Source of the DNA: Okamejei kenojei
Taxonomy: Eukaryota
DNA: 64,000 nt
Assembly: GCA_035221665.1 (NCBI GenBank)
Contig: CM069149.1
Span: 44,888,001-44,952,000, forward strand
Reading direction: 5' to 3'
The translations under genes were made by a program, and so were the position numbers. Below are positions 39,201 to 51,316 of the stretch, one piece after another (position 1 is the stretch's first letter; each line of letters opens with the position of its first letter). The notes under the pieces are model-generated. The model was not told where the DNA came from. It searched no databases and was given only the letters and a program-made list of their open reading frames with translations.

Positions 39201-40727
39201 ATGAGATAAGCAGAATAATTTACTGAGTTAGTCCTGCTCTGGATTAATTTAGTACAATGCAACACCCTGCATGTCCGAGTTCAATTCCATCTGCCGTTCC
39301 TATACCTCTTTCCCCACTTCATCTCGATCCTGTTGAAATCTTACAGTAAATGTCGAATGGCTTAAAACGATCCAAGGATGGAGGAAACATAATTTGCCAC
39401 AGGCTGTTGGACCAGAACCCTGGCATTGTGAACAATAGCAATAAACACAGGCAGCAAAATCAGATGAAGTAGATCTCCATTCATTGTAGACATAAGGAAC
39501 TGCAAATACTGGAATTTTGCATAGAACACAAGAACAGTATCTCAGCTGGCCAGGCAGCATCTTTGGAGCACATGGTTACATTTTGGCTTGGGAAGCACCT
39601 TCATTTATTCCCACGTTTTACGTCCCTTCTCCGTTTACTGTGGTGTATTGCAACAGTAGAGCGAATGGCAACATGCAGTGCCTGCTGATATGCAAGGAAG
39701 ATATTTTCCAGAAGGTAAAGCGATAGAAGAAAGCTACAATATTGCCTCATCCGGTTAAGAGATCTCAGTTCGTCTTTCGAAAAGCAGAGAAATGGTTAAC
39801 CACTGAACAAGAACACATCAACATTTGCTAAGCATGCAAACCTTCAAGCTATGCGGAAACATTTATTTAAGTTGTTAAATGCCAAGAGAAGCAAACAATC
39901 TGTTCAGAAGAAATTAGCCCATCTTCTTTTCTCAAAATATCTTTGCAATTAAACTGCGGATTTTGTTGTTATATGGGAAAGAATCATTAAGATGCAAGCC
40001 CATCTACAAGCCTGGCATCCAAAACAACGTTATTAGACAGCAGTCCACTGTTCAACTCCTGGGTTTTCAAAAGGTAGTTGCAGCAATGAGTTCAGTTCTG
40101 TCAATAGCTTTCCAAAATTTAAACCACTATAGAAAAGGCAAGGGACACTTAATACTACAGTCACAAAACCCTTCTGAATCAGAGACTTCAGGGAACAAAC
40201 CAACTAGTACTGTTTGCCAACTTGTAGTAATTAGAGTAAGAAAGCATGCAAAAGAGAATACAGAATTGAAAAAAAAAAGTCAGGCAACATCTCTGGGGAA
40301 CATGGATAGGCAAATGATTCAAGTTGGGACTTGAATTATATAGAAACTGACTATAAATAATATTACCAAATATGAAAAAAAAGAAAATAAGGGATTGTCA
40401 GAATTAATTCATGCAGTTGGGAAAAGGAATGGTGGCTAGTAAAATTGAAACAGTGAACAAATCTCTTTGCAAATAAACTCCGAAGATCATGTGCTCAAAT
40501 TAAAATTCTTAAAGAATGGTAGTAGAGCCACCATTTGTAAAGAGAACTGAGATTTGAGTTATACACTACGGTGACACAACCAACACTATCCATAGCCTAT
40601 AAATCACACAATAGAGCAGATTAGTGGAGAATTCCAATGCAACATCAGTAGAAGAGCAAACTACAGCCAAAGCCAGCCAAACTACAGCAATCCCAAATTG
40701 AAAGAACATCTAATTCCAACAGGAACA

Positions 40728-41455
40728 ACCACAAGAGATGATACACTTGTCCCTTCACCTCCCCCCTCCACTCCTTTCAGGGACCTAAGCAGTCCTTCCA
40801 GGTCCGACAGAGGTTCACCTGCACCTCCTCCAACCTCATCTACTGCATCCGCTGCTCCAGATGCCAGATGATCTATATCGGTGAGACCAAGCGGAGGCTT
40901 GGTGATCGTTTCGCCGAACACCTCCACTCGGTCCGCATTAACCAACCCGACCTCCCGGTGGCTCAGCACTTCAACTCCCCCTCCCATTCCGTATCAGACC
41001 TCTCGGTCCTGGGCCTCCTCCACGGCCAGAGTGAGCAACACCGCAAGTTGGAGGAACAGCACCTCATATTCCGCTTGGAGAGTCTGCATCCTCTGGGCTT
41101 GAACATTGAATTTTCTCAATTCTGTTAACCCTTGCTGTCTCCTCCCCTTCCCACCTCTCCCTCAGCCCTCGGGCCCTGGCATTCCCCCTCTCTCTATCTC
41201 TCCCCCACCCTAGTCGCACTACCTTCTCATTTTCACACTACAAACAGCTTACAATGGCCGGTTTCCTTTATCATCGATACTTTTTTGCATGTATTTCATT
41301 CATTGTTCTTTATCTCTCCACATCACCGTCTATATTTCTCATTTCCCTGATCCCTAACCAGTCTGAAGAAGGGTCTCGTCCCGAAACGTCGCCTATCTCC
41401 TTCGCTCCTTAGATGCTGCTGCACCCGCTGAGTTTCTCCAGCCTTTTGTGTACCG
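40728..41455 (+). mobile_element. 5'-truncated Penelope-like retroelement (GIY-YIG endonuclease end plus 3' tail)
   Basis: Frame 40742-41128 reads YTCPFTSPLHSFQGPKQSFQVRQRFTCTSSNLIYCIRCSRCQMIYIGETKRRLGDRFAEH...LGLNIEF, typical of a PLE GIY-YIG. Flanked by the 13-bp direct repeat TCCAACAGGAACA (40715-40727, 41456-41468). Confidence 0.92.
41363..41390 (+). ncRNA. Minimal type-I hammerhead ribozyme motif in the Penelope tail
   Basis: CTGAAGA-A-GGG(TCTCGT)CCC-GAAA-CGTC: CUGAnGA core, stem II, GAAA and a GUC triplet. Minimal hammerheads are known from PLE pseudo-LTRs. Confidence 0.65.
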
Positions 41456-41953
41456 TCCAACAGGAACATGCCATGTTCAAAGAATGACATCTTGGGCAAA
41501 CCAGATTAAGTGATTTTATTTGGTGGAGACGTTGTGCTTATTTAACTATTCGCATTGGAGCTATATCCAGACTTAATATATTGACTTAATGTTCAGCTTC
41601 TGAGGAGGGAGATGAATCACTAATGAATTAAAATCTGCTATTCAGATGAATCAAAAAATGAGCCCTGGTTGATCTCTTTGGAGTAAAATGAGCTTCATAA
41701 CAAAGACCATATTTAATCTTCCTGAATACCCTGAAATAGCATGTTGTAGGAGTTCTGGGGGTGGTGGTTGCACAGAGCAAAGGACTGGAAAAAAAAAAAT
41801 CAGTCATGATTGAATGGTGGAGTGGACTCGATGGGCTAAGTGGCTTAATTCTGCCCCTACTTCTTATGGTCTAAAAATTCTTATGGTCCTAATTTCTTAC
41901 CTTTGATTTTCTTCCATTTTGAATAATTATTTCCTCCTGGTTTAAAAGCTATC

Positions 41954-42320
41954 ATAGACAATAGGTACAGGAGTAGGCCATTAGGCCCTTCGAGCCAGCA
42001 CCGTCATTCAATGTGATCATGGCTGATCATCCACAATCAGTACCCCGTTCCTGCCTTTTCCCCATATCCCGACTCCGCTACCTTTAAGAGATCTATCTAA
42101 CTCTCTCTTGAAAACATCCAGAACCGGCCTCCACTGCCTTCCGAGGCAGAGAATTCCACTGACTCACAACCCTCTGTGTGAAAAAGTTTTTCTTCATCTC
42201 TGTTCCAAATGGCTTGCCCATTATTCTTAAACTGTGGCCCCTGGTTCTGGACTCCCCCAACATCGGGTACATGTTTCCTGTCTGTAGCATGTCCAAACCC
42301 GTCATAATCGTATTTGTTTC
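41954..42320 (-). mobile_element. CR1/HER1-like LINE 3' end
   Basis: MYPMLGESRTRGHSLRIMGKPFGTEMKKNFFTQRVV. Confidence 0.9.
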
Positions 42321-42519
42321 AGATGGGCACTTGCCATCCCATTCTCTTACAATTTTGCATATATCATAATTAACCATCTCCCTTTAATCCTCTAGAATTA
42401 CCCATTAGATGCTAATTCTGAAAGCAGTGACAATAACTTACAAATTCTGAACCCCTATTTTATCCTGTTTACATTTTCACTTCTTACTCTTTCTGCGGGT
42501 TCATTAATTGTGCAACACG

Positions 42520-42783
42520 AAGAGTCAAAGTCAGAGGAGTTTATTGTCGTGTGTCCCTGACAGGACAATGACATTCTTGCTTTGCATAGCACAACAGAAC
42601 ATAGCAGGCATTGACTACAATTATATACGTAAATACACACATTAATTAATAAATTAATAAAGTGCAAATAACAGATGGAGGGGTATTAATTAATGTTCAG
42701 AGTTTTGTCCGAGCCAGGTTTAATAGCCTGATGGCTGTGGGGAAGTAGCTATTCCTGAACCGGGTCGTTGCAGTGCTCAGGCA
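42520..42783 (-). mobile_element. Rex1/Babar-like LINE 3' end
   Basis: Minus strand encodes RFRNSYFPTAIRLL, typical of the Rex-Babar RT C-terminus, then a UTR ending in GACAATAAA plus short repeats. Confidence 0.75.
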
Positions 42784-42920
42784 ATAAAAGACTTTATAAA
42801 CTGCTTTTGGGGTGGAACGAAGGTAGATTGTGCATCTGCCAGCGGAGGTAGTTGGCCTTGTCCATGAAACGGGGCCAGCTTGTTAATAATATTTAAATTG
42901 CCCCGCCTTGTACTTGCTAA

Positions 42921-43108
42921 AGGGCCTGTCCCACTTGGGCGTTATTTGCGCTTCATTTACGTGACATAATGTACACGTCACGACGCACAACGCGTGCATT
43001 ACGTGTGCCTGCCGCGTGGTGAGACGTGGCGGCTTAGGCAGTGATGGGATTTGGGATTCTCAAAATCCTTGCGTGTCACCTGCGTGACGCCTAAGTGGGA
43101 CAGGCCCT
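42921..43108. mobile_element. PIF/Harbinger-type MITE, ~25-bp TIRs, TAA TSD
   Basis: Same terminal 15 bp AGGGCCTGTCCCACT as the element at 2531-2886 but a different interior; TAA flanks. Confidence 0.88.
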
Positions 43109-44359
43109 TAAGTACGTGTTGGAAGGGTGAGTTCCCAGAGGTGACAATTATCCACACCAGAATTTTACATGCCATTTTCTTTTGAAGTTGGGTCAGAGGG
43201 AGGAGAGGGATGAGAGCTGCCAAAGGAAAGTAGGAAGGTGGGAAGTGACAGCAACCCAACCTTGGTGTTTGAAGTCAACTTTCACAAAAATATGAGATGA
43301 CTTAAGGCAATTTAACATTTTCTCAAAGGATTTCAAATTAATTATATGCATGTGGAATGGGTATGGATATTCGATTGCTTTATGTAAAATAACTTTCACA
43401 TCTATTAAACATGAGGCCTGGTGTGAGTTTGGGAACAGTTTGTGGATTGATTCCTACCAAATTACAGTACATGGTAGCAGTTTGCATTTGGACAATCTAA
43501 GAAACTGCATTATGCCTGATAATTTACAGTGCCTGCTATGGCATCTACAGTCATATAGGGCTGTGCATATGGTCCAGATAACAACATCAATCACAAATAA
43601 ATGTTTAAAACAAAAGAGAGAGCAGCAGTCAGCTACTTCCTGGTGGATAAACAGCCAAAGGGGCAAATGAAGGGGTGTAAGCTTAGGTAAAGTAACAGCA
43701 GATTTGTTAGAGAATATACTACAAAACTCTGAACAACTTTGGCCAGAAAATGATATGTATTGCAGGATATTTTGTAGGCAAGAAGAACTTGTCAAGAAAA
43801 GTATAACCATCTGATTTTTAATGATTATGGACAATTTTAGACTAGTACTTTTATAGCTCAGGGGAAATAGGGGTTTAATACATTCATCTATGATGGGATA
43901 AAATCCCAATAGTTTGTACTCCTTGTAGATTCTGGAGAAATGCTTCTGGTACAATTCCTTGTCTATGTAGATGAAGGATGTACTGTATTTCAGATCAGTT
44001 ACCATTACTTGTGGATCGTTAAAAGAACGTAAGAAATAGAAGCGATTGTAGGCATTCAGTCCTTAACATTTGCTCTTCAATTGATTAAATTCAGACCTTT
44101 TGACTCGGCATTACTTTCCTGCAATAATTTTATATTACTAAATTCCCTTAATATCTAAAAAGCTACTAATCTTTGCCTTGAATATATTCACTGACTGAGC
44201 CTCCACAACTCTCTTGGGTAAAGAATTCCAAAGATTCACTGGCATCTGGGAAGGAATTTCTTGTCCACTTGATCCTGAATGATGAAGCCTGAATGATGTT
44301 GCTTTAGGAATGTGATCCCTATTCCTAGCGTCCCAGTCAGGGGAAACATCTATTTCAGG

Positions 44360-44595
44360 TCAAAACATAATGATGCAGGAACTCAGTGGGTCAGGCAGCA
44401 TCTTTGGAGGGAATGGACAGATTATCTTTCAGGGTCTTCGGAGAATTTTTCAGACCCTTCTGTGTCTAAAGAGGGGTCCCAATCTAAACAGTTGTCTTGT
44501 CCATTCCTTCCAAAGATGCTATCTGACCCACTGCGTTCCTGCAGCACTTTATGTTTTGCATAAGATTCCATCATTTGTAGTCTCTTGTGTCTCCA
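44360..44595. mobile_element. Diverged Penelope-tail fold-back element
   Basis: Inverted arms GCAGGAACTCAGTGGGTCAG / CTGACCCACTGCGTTCCTGC. Confidence 0.7.
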
Positions 44596-46571
44596 TGATA
44601 TCAATATCAAATCCCTTAAGAATTGTCTATGTTCGAATGAGATCAGCATTCATTCTTCTAAATTTGAGACAGTATATGCCCAGTCTGTTCAATCTCTCCT
44701 TCTGCAAAAAACCTACATCACAGGGAAAAATAAACTGGTTGTATTTTTTGTCAGTTATATTAGAGCTCCAAAGTGAATTAAGTATTAGGGAATACAACTC
44801 TGTATCTACCACCCAACGATCAGATTACAGCAACTTGGCAGTGACTGAAATATCTTTTTTTTTTGGTCCAGTGTTTAACTGCCAAAGATAATTAAGACTT
44901 GCAATATTTTGATCACCTTGATGTTTCTTCTATTCCCTTTTCCCTTTGTGAAATTCATTCTCGAGACCACTCAATAATTGTGCAACTCCATTCTGCTTTA
45001 CCTGCAAGAACTTTACAGAAAGGACATTTTTTTCCAACCATGTCAAAAGCTACAGAGATCAAATAGGATTAACTCAGATGCCACTTCACCATAATTGTAT
45101 TGCTGTGAATAATCGTTTTATCAACATAGAACTAAATAAGGTGTTTAATTTAGATAAATGGACTAAACATGTAGCATCAACATAGCATATACACATATCC
45201 AGGGAACATTATTACGAGGCTGGGAGAGGTAAAGATCTTGGTTGTATTGAACACAGGTTCCTTATGTTTCAAGGACATGGTAGTCAAGATGAACAAAGCA
45301 ATGGATTTATTTACTAGGTCGTCAGTATGAGCAGAAGGATTGAATTTTGACTCCCATGTGGCTCAGTGTCCAATTGGCTTCCCCACGTGGAGAATGACAG
45401 AGGGGGGGGGGAAAGTCTAATGGAGAACCATTATAGAGTGATTCATGGTTTACAGCAATTCTCAGATATGATCAAGGACCTTGTCATCTTTACTTCTGAG
45501 TGCATAGATTTAAAAATAATCCAAGAGAGTCCATAAAATGATTAAAGGGCTGGATAGAGTTCCTAGTGTCACATTGATTCCAGTTTAACAGACAGGGAAG
45601 GAGTAGAAGGTGGTTCAAACCAAGTATGAATAAGTATAGACTTGACATTAGACAATGCAGGAAGTATTTTCTATAGAGTTACTGGAATACGTTGTCTGCT
45701 GTGATTAGTCACCACACCTTGCTTGTCTTCAAGAGGAACCTGACCCGGTTCCTGACCGGAGCAGAGATTCGACCCTCAGAAGGTAAGAGTTTTTATCGGT
45801 ACCATTTGGTTTCAATCACTTGGGTGGATTAAAGAGTACTTTTTTTCAGCAAACTTTTCCTCATTGATCCTGAAACTTTAAAATGTACTAAAAATCATGT
45901 GACATCAGAAGTGAACCCAGGGTGGGGGGAGGGCTGTAGGAAGAGGGAAGAGGCATGTAGTCTTGAGGGTTCTGTGGCCATGAAGTTGCGCAGACTTGAT
46001 AGAACAGTTAGCCTTTCCCTTCTTAATAATTCTGCATGTTCAGCATAATACCAGAGTGGTGTTTACTTCTAGTGCAGTGTAGAAAGCATGACTATGCAGA
46101 CTTCAATCTAACATCCAGATCTTGGAAGTTTAAGCATCACACTGGCTGCTGTTAATACAAGGTCAAGTTTGAACTCTTTCATTTCCCTCATTAATAAAAA
46201 GATGGATATTTAATTTCCAAGAAATCTAAGTTTGTCTCACTATATCTTTTTTTACCTAATTACGTATCATGTCTTTTATATGAAGTGCTACGAATGGTTC
46301 TGTCTGACTTCCTTTCTTATGTATATGGTCCTCCCTCTCCATATGTCTCACTTTGTTCCCTTCAGGCCTGACTTGTTCTGTATGTCTAGATACGTTGCTG
46401 GTTACTTGACACACCCAGCTGTCAAATATTAAGAATAGAATTCAGCACTATTCCCATTCCTCTGTGAAAAGTAGAGAATGGCAGAAGAGGATGGGTGTAA
46501 TCTAGACTCCAATCAACAATGAAAGTTCTCTCATTGCAATTTTTACTTCCCTTGTGCAGTTCAGTCTGCAA

Positions 46572-46772
46572 TGTGTAGGAAGGAACTGCAGATGCTGGTT
46601 TAAACTGAAAATAGACACAAAAGGCTGGAGTAGCGCAGTGGGTCAGACAGCATTTCTAACAATATGGAATGGGTGACGTTTTGGGTCGAGACCCTTCTTT
46701 CTGAAATTCACCCATTCCTTTTCTACAGAGATGTTGTCTGACCCGCTGAGTTACTCTCTCTTTGTGCATATC
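46572..46772. mobile_element. Penelope-tail fold-back element with TSD
   Basis: Flanked by TTCAGTCT(G/T)CAA at 46560-46571 and 46773-46784. Confidence 0.8.
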
Positions 46773-47214
46773 TTCAGTCTTCAAAATTTTTGATTTTCAA
46801 AAAAGAGCCATTTAAATCAAATAGGTTTCCAGTGCTCGATTCATATAGATTCATGGAAAAATCCAACCTACATTTAGCAGCATAAATCATTATGATTTGT
46901 GGTTGTCAAAGCAGTGATGTCTTTAATTGGATCCATGCATTCCCCCCACCCATCCTCTTGAGGGTTAAACCCTTTGTAATGCCCAGTTGGGAATGTCTGC
47001 AGAAACTGTGGACAAGCCCTACAGATTTCTCCACAGATTCCTGCTACTATCGCCATTTTTGATTGCTTCCTTTCAAATTGCAGTATTAACTCTACAGAGC
47101 AATTATGTGACTTTGGCCAAACAGTACAAGTTATGTTACAGCACAAACTAATCTAGAGCATGAGCAGAATCGTCATATTTAATCTATCTGCATGAATGAA
47201 TAGTGGTTCAGTTC

Positions 47215-47335
47215 ACAATGCTGGAATAACTCAGCGGGTCAGGCAGCATCTTGTGAGAACATGGTAAAATCTGAAGGGATCCATGATCTCGTGAAATCCT
47301 GCCTGACTCGCTGAGTTACTCCAGCATTTCGTGTC
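47215..47335. mobile_element. Short Penelope-tail fold-back element
   Basis: AATGCTGGAATAACTCAGCGGGTCAGGCAG / CTGCCTGACTCGCTGAGTTACTCCAGCATT. Confidence 0.75.
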
Positions 47336-47462
47336 TGAATATGAGTAATATGGATTGTATCTGCTTAATAAATATAAATGGAATTCCACACATCAGTCAT
47401 CCATCTCTAAATGGGACCATAATCTGCTGTGATTATACTATCAAAGACGAGTTGTTTCTCCT

Positions 47463-47858
47463 AAACAATAGACAATCGGTGCAGTAGGCCATTCGGCCCT
47501 TCGCACCAGCACCGCCATTCAATGTAATCATGGCTGATCATCCAGTCAGTACCCCGTTCCTGCCTTCGCCCCATATCCCTTGACTCCACTATCTTTCTGA
47601 GAGCTCTATCTAACTCTCTCTTGAAAACATCCAGAGAACTGGCATCCACCGCCCTCTGAGGCAGAGAATTCCACAGACTCACAACTCTCTTTGTGTGAAA
47701 AAGTTTTTCCTCATCTCTGTTCTAAATGGCTTACCCCTTATTCTTAAACTGTGGCCCCTGGTTCTGGACTCTCTCAACATCGGGAACATGTTTCTTGCCT
47801 CTAGCATGTCCAAACGCTTAATAATCAAATGTTTCAATAAGATCCACTCTCATCCTTA
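47463..47858 (-). mobile_element. CR1/HER1-like LINE 3' end
   Basis: LWNSLPQRAVDASSLDVFKRELDRAL and the family 3' UTR. Confidence 0.9.
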
Positions 47859-48534
47859 AAAGACATACATTCTTTCAGAATAGATACCATGACTTTGTTC
47901 ACACACGTCAGAAGCAATTTTCCTGATGGGATAAATGCACCACCTGTCCATTGACCATGCTAACCAGAAATAACCAGGTTTGAATCCCAGTCTGTTAAAT
48001 TAATTGGAAATGCAATGCTACATTTTTCACAGCCTTCTGGGACTTTTGGAGACAGTGGTAGTAAAGTGCAATCAAGTGTTCTGTTCATCATCTCCGTCCA
48101 GTGATCCTTGTTGGAAAGTGCACATGCTGACATTAGGTCCATGCATGATACTTAGCTGTCATGCATGGTCAAATAACTCACTGACCCAAGCACATTGTTA
48201 CCCGTCACTGTGGAAGCAGTCTTCACCAAAGGAGAATTCCTTACAAGAGGAGAGATTTAAATCTCTCGCCATTCCTTCAATTCTTTAACAACCATGTGAT
48301 AGCATTGAGTTTTAGCTTTACACAAAAGGGAAATATATTGTATTATATTGTAAATGCTGCTGGTCCTGCAGGTGTATTTGTATCAGTAATGTGCATTTTA
48401 AAATTGAAACAATGAGGAACAGCAACAAATAAACCTGCAAGAATTCAGTATGAGAAGGTAACTCAATTTCTCATTTGTTCAGGATTATAAAATTTCTGAG
48501 ACTTGATTTTTCTGTGACCTTAGTTCCGATTCAA

Positions 48535-49270
48535 AAATAACGTTGTACAGTACTTCTAATAAAGCAACATGTTCCAATCCAATTCGCAGAACATCTCAGA
48601 TAAAGTTTGATGCAAAGCCACATGTTACTGTGTAGTTAGCCAAATGCTTGGTCATAGGAGCTTATTGCAAATAGTATCTCAAAGAAGCATGTCAGAAAGG
48701 TTAGTGGTCGGATTTCCAGAGCTTAAAACCTTGGTAGCTGGTATGTGATTTAATTCGGGGATGATCAAGAGGCCAGAATTGAATAAACACAGATTTCTCC
48801 AAGGGTCATAGGACTGAAGGAGATTACAGGAAATATCATAAGGTGTGGCAAGGCCATTAAAAGATTTTAAAACATTGTCCTAATGCAGCATTTTTAAATT
48901 ACGTGTTGCTTAACCCAGGACCAAACTGAGGCTACTCATACAAAGTTCCTGAGTAGAGAGTTATTGGTGGGAATTAGAATATAAGTAGCAAAGCTTTATA
49001 TGATTTAAAACATAAAATAAAATGGGGAAAGTCAGAACACTTTGCAAAATACTTACTTCGATATGAGAGTTTAGTAGCCAATGACCTAGAACAGGGTTGA
49101 AGTCCTCTAATGTTGCAGATATAGAAAGAGATGGGTCATCACTTGGTGAGTTGTGACACCAAGGCTATAAACAAGTCTGGTCAGGTCTGACAGTAAAAGT
49201 GATAGTCTGTAGCAGGGAATTCAGTAGCAGGAGAATGACGTTTGTGGTGTTCATCAAAATCAATAGCTTT
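48535..49270 (-). mobile_element. Old L2-like LINE fragment
   Basis: TTCCAGAGCTT...GATGATCAAGAGGCCAGAATTG...GCAAGGCCATT resembles antisense L2 3' regions; recognised by eye. Confidence 0.5.
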
Positions 49271-50286
49271 TGTCTCCCCCTGTCCAATGTCAAATAGTTT
49301 ATGCTATACCACTTGAGTTTCTCTCTCAAATTTGCTCCATATTTACTGTAATTTGCAAAAAAAAGTCACACCAGATATAACATGCTATTATGCCACAAAT
49401 CGATTGACTCCAGAAATTGGGCAATTCCTCGTTGATGAGGGTCTTACAGCATTTTATTTACCCGACTTAAATTAAACAAGAATTATATTTTCCTTAAAGG
49501 CAAATTTATTTGTTTTTTGTTCAAATTATTTCTGAATCACACAAGTAACTATCCTCTGATGTCACTGGACAATTTGCTTGTATACTTCCCACTTACTCAG
49601 TTACACCTTTTCTCTTCCAAGCTATCCTGATATTCTTGTGGTTATCAAGTTACTGACTTTACTTTGGTAACATCACAATTATTAAAAATGTCTCTTTGAT
49701 CTATATTTTATGATAGGCACACCCTACTTAGTATGCTTGATCTGTGATGTTAGCTCTGTACTTTGATTCCCAGATCATGAAATAACCATTTGGCATGGAA
49801 TAATTTGTTACAAATGAACCTGGATCCATAGACTATTATGACCATCTTTACTGATAATTAAATTATAGCCCAATATTATAAAGAAGGGGGAGGTTTAACT
49901 GGCGTTTATAATTCAACAGCCTGACAATTATACTAATTTATACATTTGTTCTTTGATTCCTTCATACTAATTACATCCATTTGAACTACTGGACATACTA
50001 GCCAACTATTCCTGAAGTTCCTGTATGAAAAAAAAAACGTGCCCCTCAGGTTACCGGAGAGGGGGGGGGGGGGGGGGGAGGTTTCTAGAACATCAGATGT
50101 ACAACGTATTTGTAATGCAAACCTGTATCATCTGTCCCTGCGTTAAGAAATGTGAGTAGAAATGTTGAAGATAAATTTTGTGTTGATTTATTTACATTTT
50201 TTCCATGAGAGCCAATTTTATTCCACATCTCAAATTTTTGGCAAGTGACTTGTGAATATTGCCAGGACAAATTTCTGTAATGCAGG

Positions 50287-50382
50287 ATAGACACAAAATG
50301 TTGGGGTAACCCAGCGGATTAGGCAGTATCTCTGGAGGAGGAGGAGTGGGTGATGTTTCAGGTCGAGACCCTTCTTCAGACG
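50287..50382 (-). mobile_element. Penelope-tail element
   Basis: Ends in GATGTTTCAGGTCGAGACCCTTCTTCAG, the reverse-complement hammerhead-like motif. Confidence 0.75.
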
Positions 50383-51256
50383 GGAAGGGAGGATGCGGGA
50401 GTTGCCTGTATTAACAACATTGACAAATCTGAAAACAGACGCTGGTAAAAAAGTATTTCCCCATATCCTTGCCACATTTAAAACTGGTTTTGTCAATCAT
50501 CATTCTTCAATTTCGCACTTTATTGTCCAATGGGAGCCTTGGTGCTGTCGCCTATGAGCTGACCTTCCCTGCAAAGAATTACTCAATCTTTACTTCCTTG
50601 TCTTGAGGATTTCACATCAGTGTGATTAGAACACCACATTCTGCCTTGCCTGCATTGCAGTTTACAAAGGAATACCCACTGTATGTTCAAGTCTGATTAT
50701 GTTTAAAGATCAGTCCTTTTGGTTTTCAGATATACAGGTTCAAAATTCTTTTCAGAATTACAGCAAAGGGAAAACAAAATCCTGTACACTGTAGATCAGC
50801 AGGGCGAAAAGGCTAATTAATATTGCAATCAGCAACAATGCTTTGTATTGGAGAATGGTGCACTCTTAATAATATATTTTTTAATGTTGGCTCTTCAGCA
50901 GTTTCAGTAAAGGTTATTTCTATAAACAAAATAATAACAATTTCCCCAATTTCAACCATACAATTCAGTTTTTGAATTACTCTAAAGGCATCTGGTGGCA
51001 ATTGATAATAATTAGTCTTAATATTAAAAATAAAATTCATTATCAATTTTGATGGATTTTGTAGTTAACCATTTCTTCTATGACTCGAATAGTTTCACTG
51101 AACAATGCAACATTTTAAACAGAGGCATATAGAACTGCAGGTTGATTTTTAGCATTACAAGTAATTGTCCTCATACCCTGTAAAATAATATGGTATATTT
51201 GTAAAAGCAAATAATTCCTCAATTGCCTATGACAACCTCATCAATTCTATTCCACT

Positions 51257-51316
51257 ATATATATATATATATATATATATACATACATACATACACCTAT
51301 ATATACACACACACAC
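51257..51316. repeat. Compound (TA)n/(CATA)n/(CA)n microsatellite
   Basis: Directly visible. Confidence 0.95.

Noticed and set aside
43454-44005. 183-aa minus-strand ORF
   Set aside because: Starts at an ATG but has AT-rich composition and no recognisable motif; likely chance.
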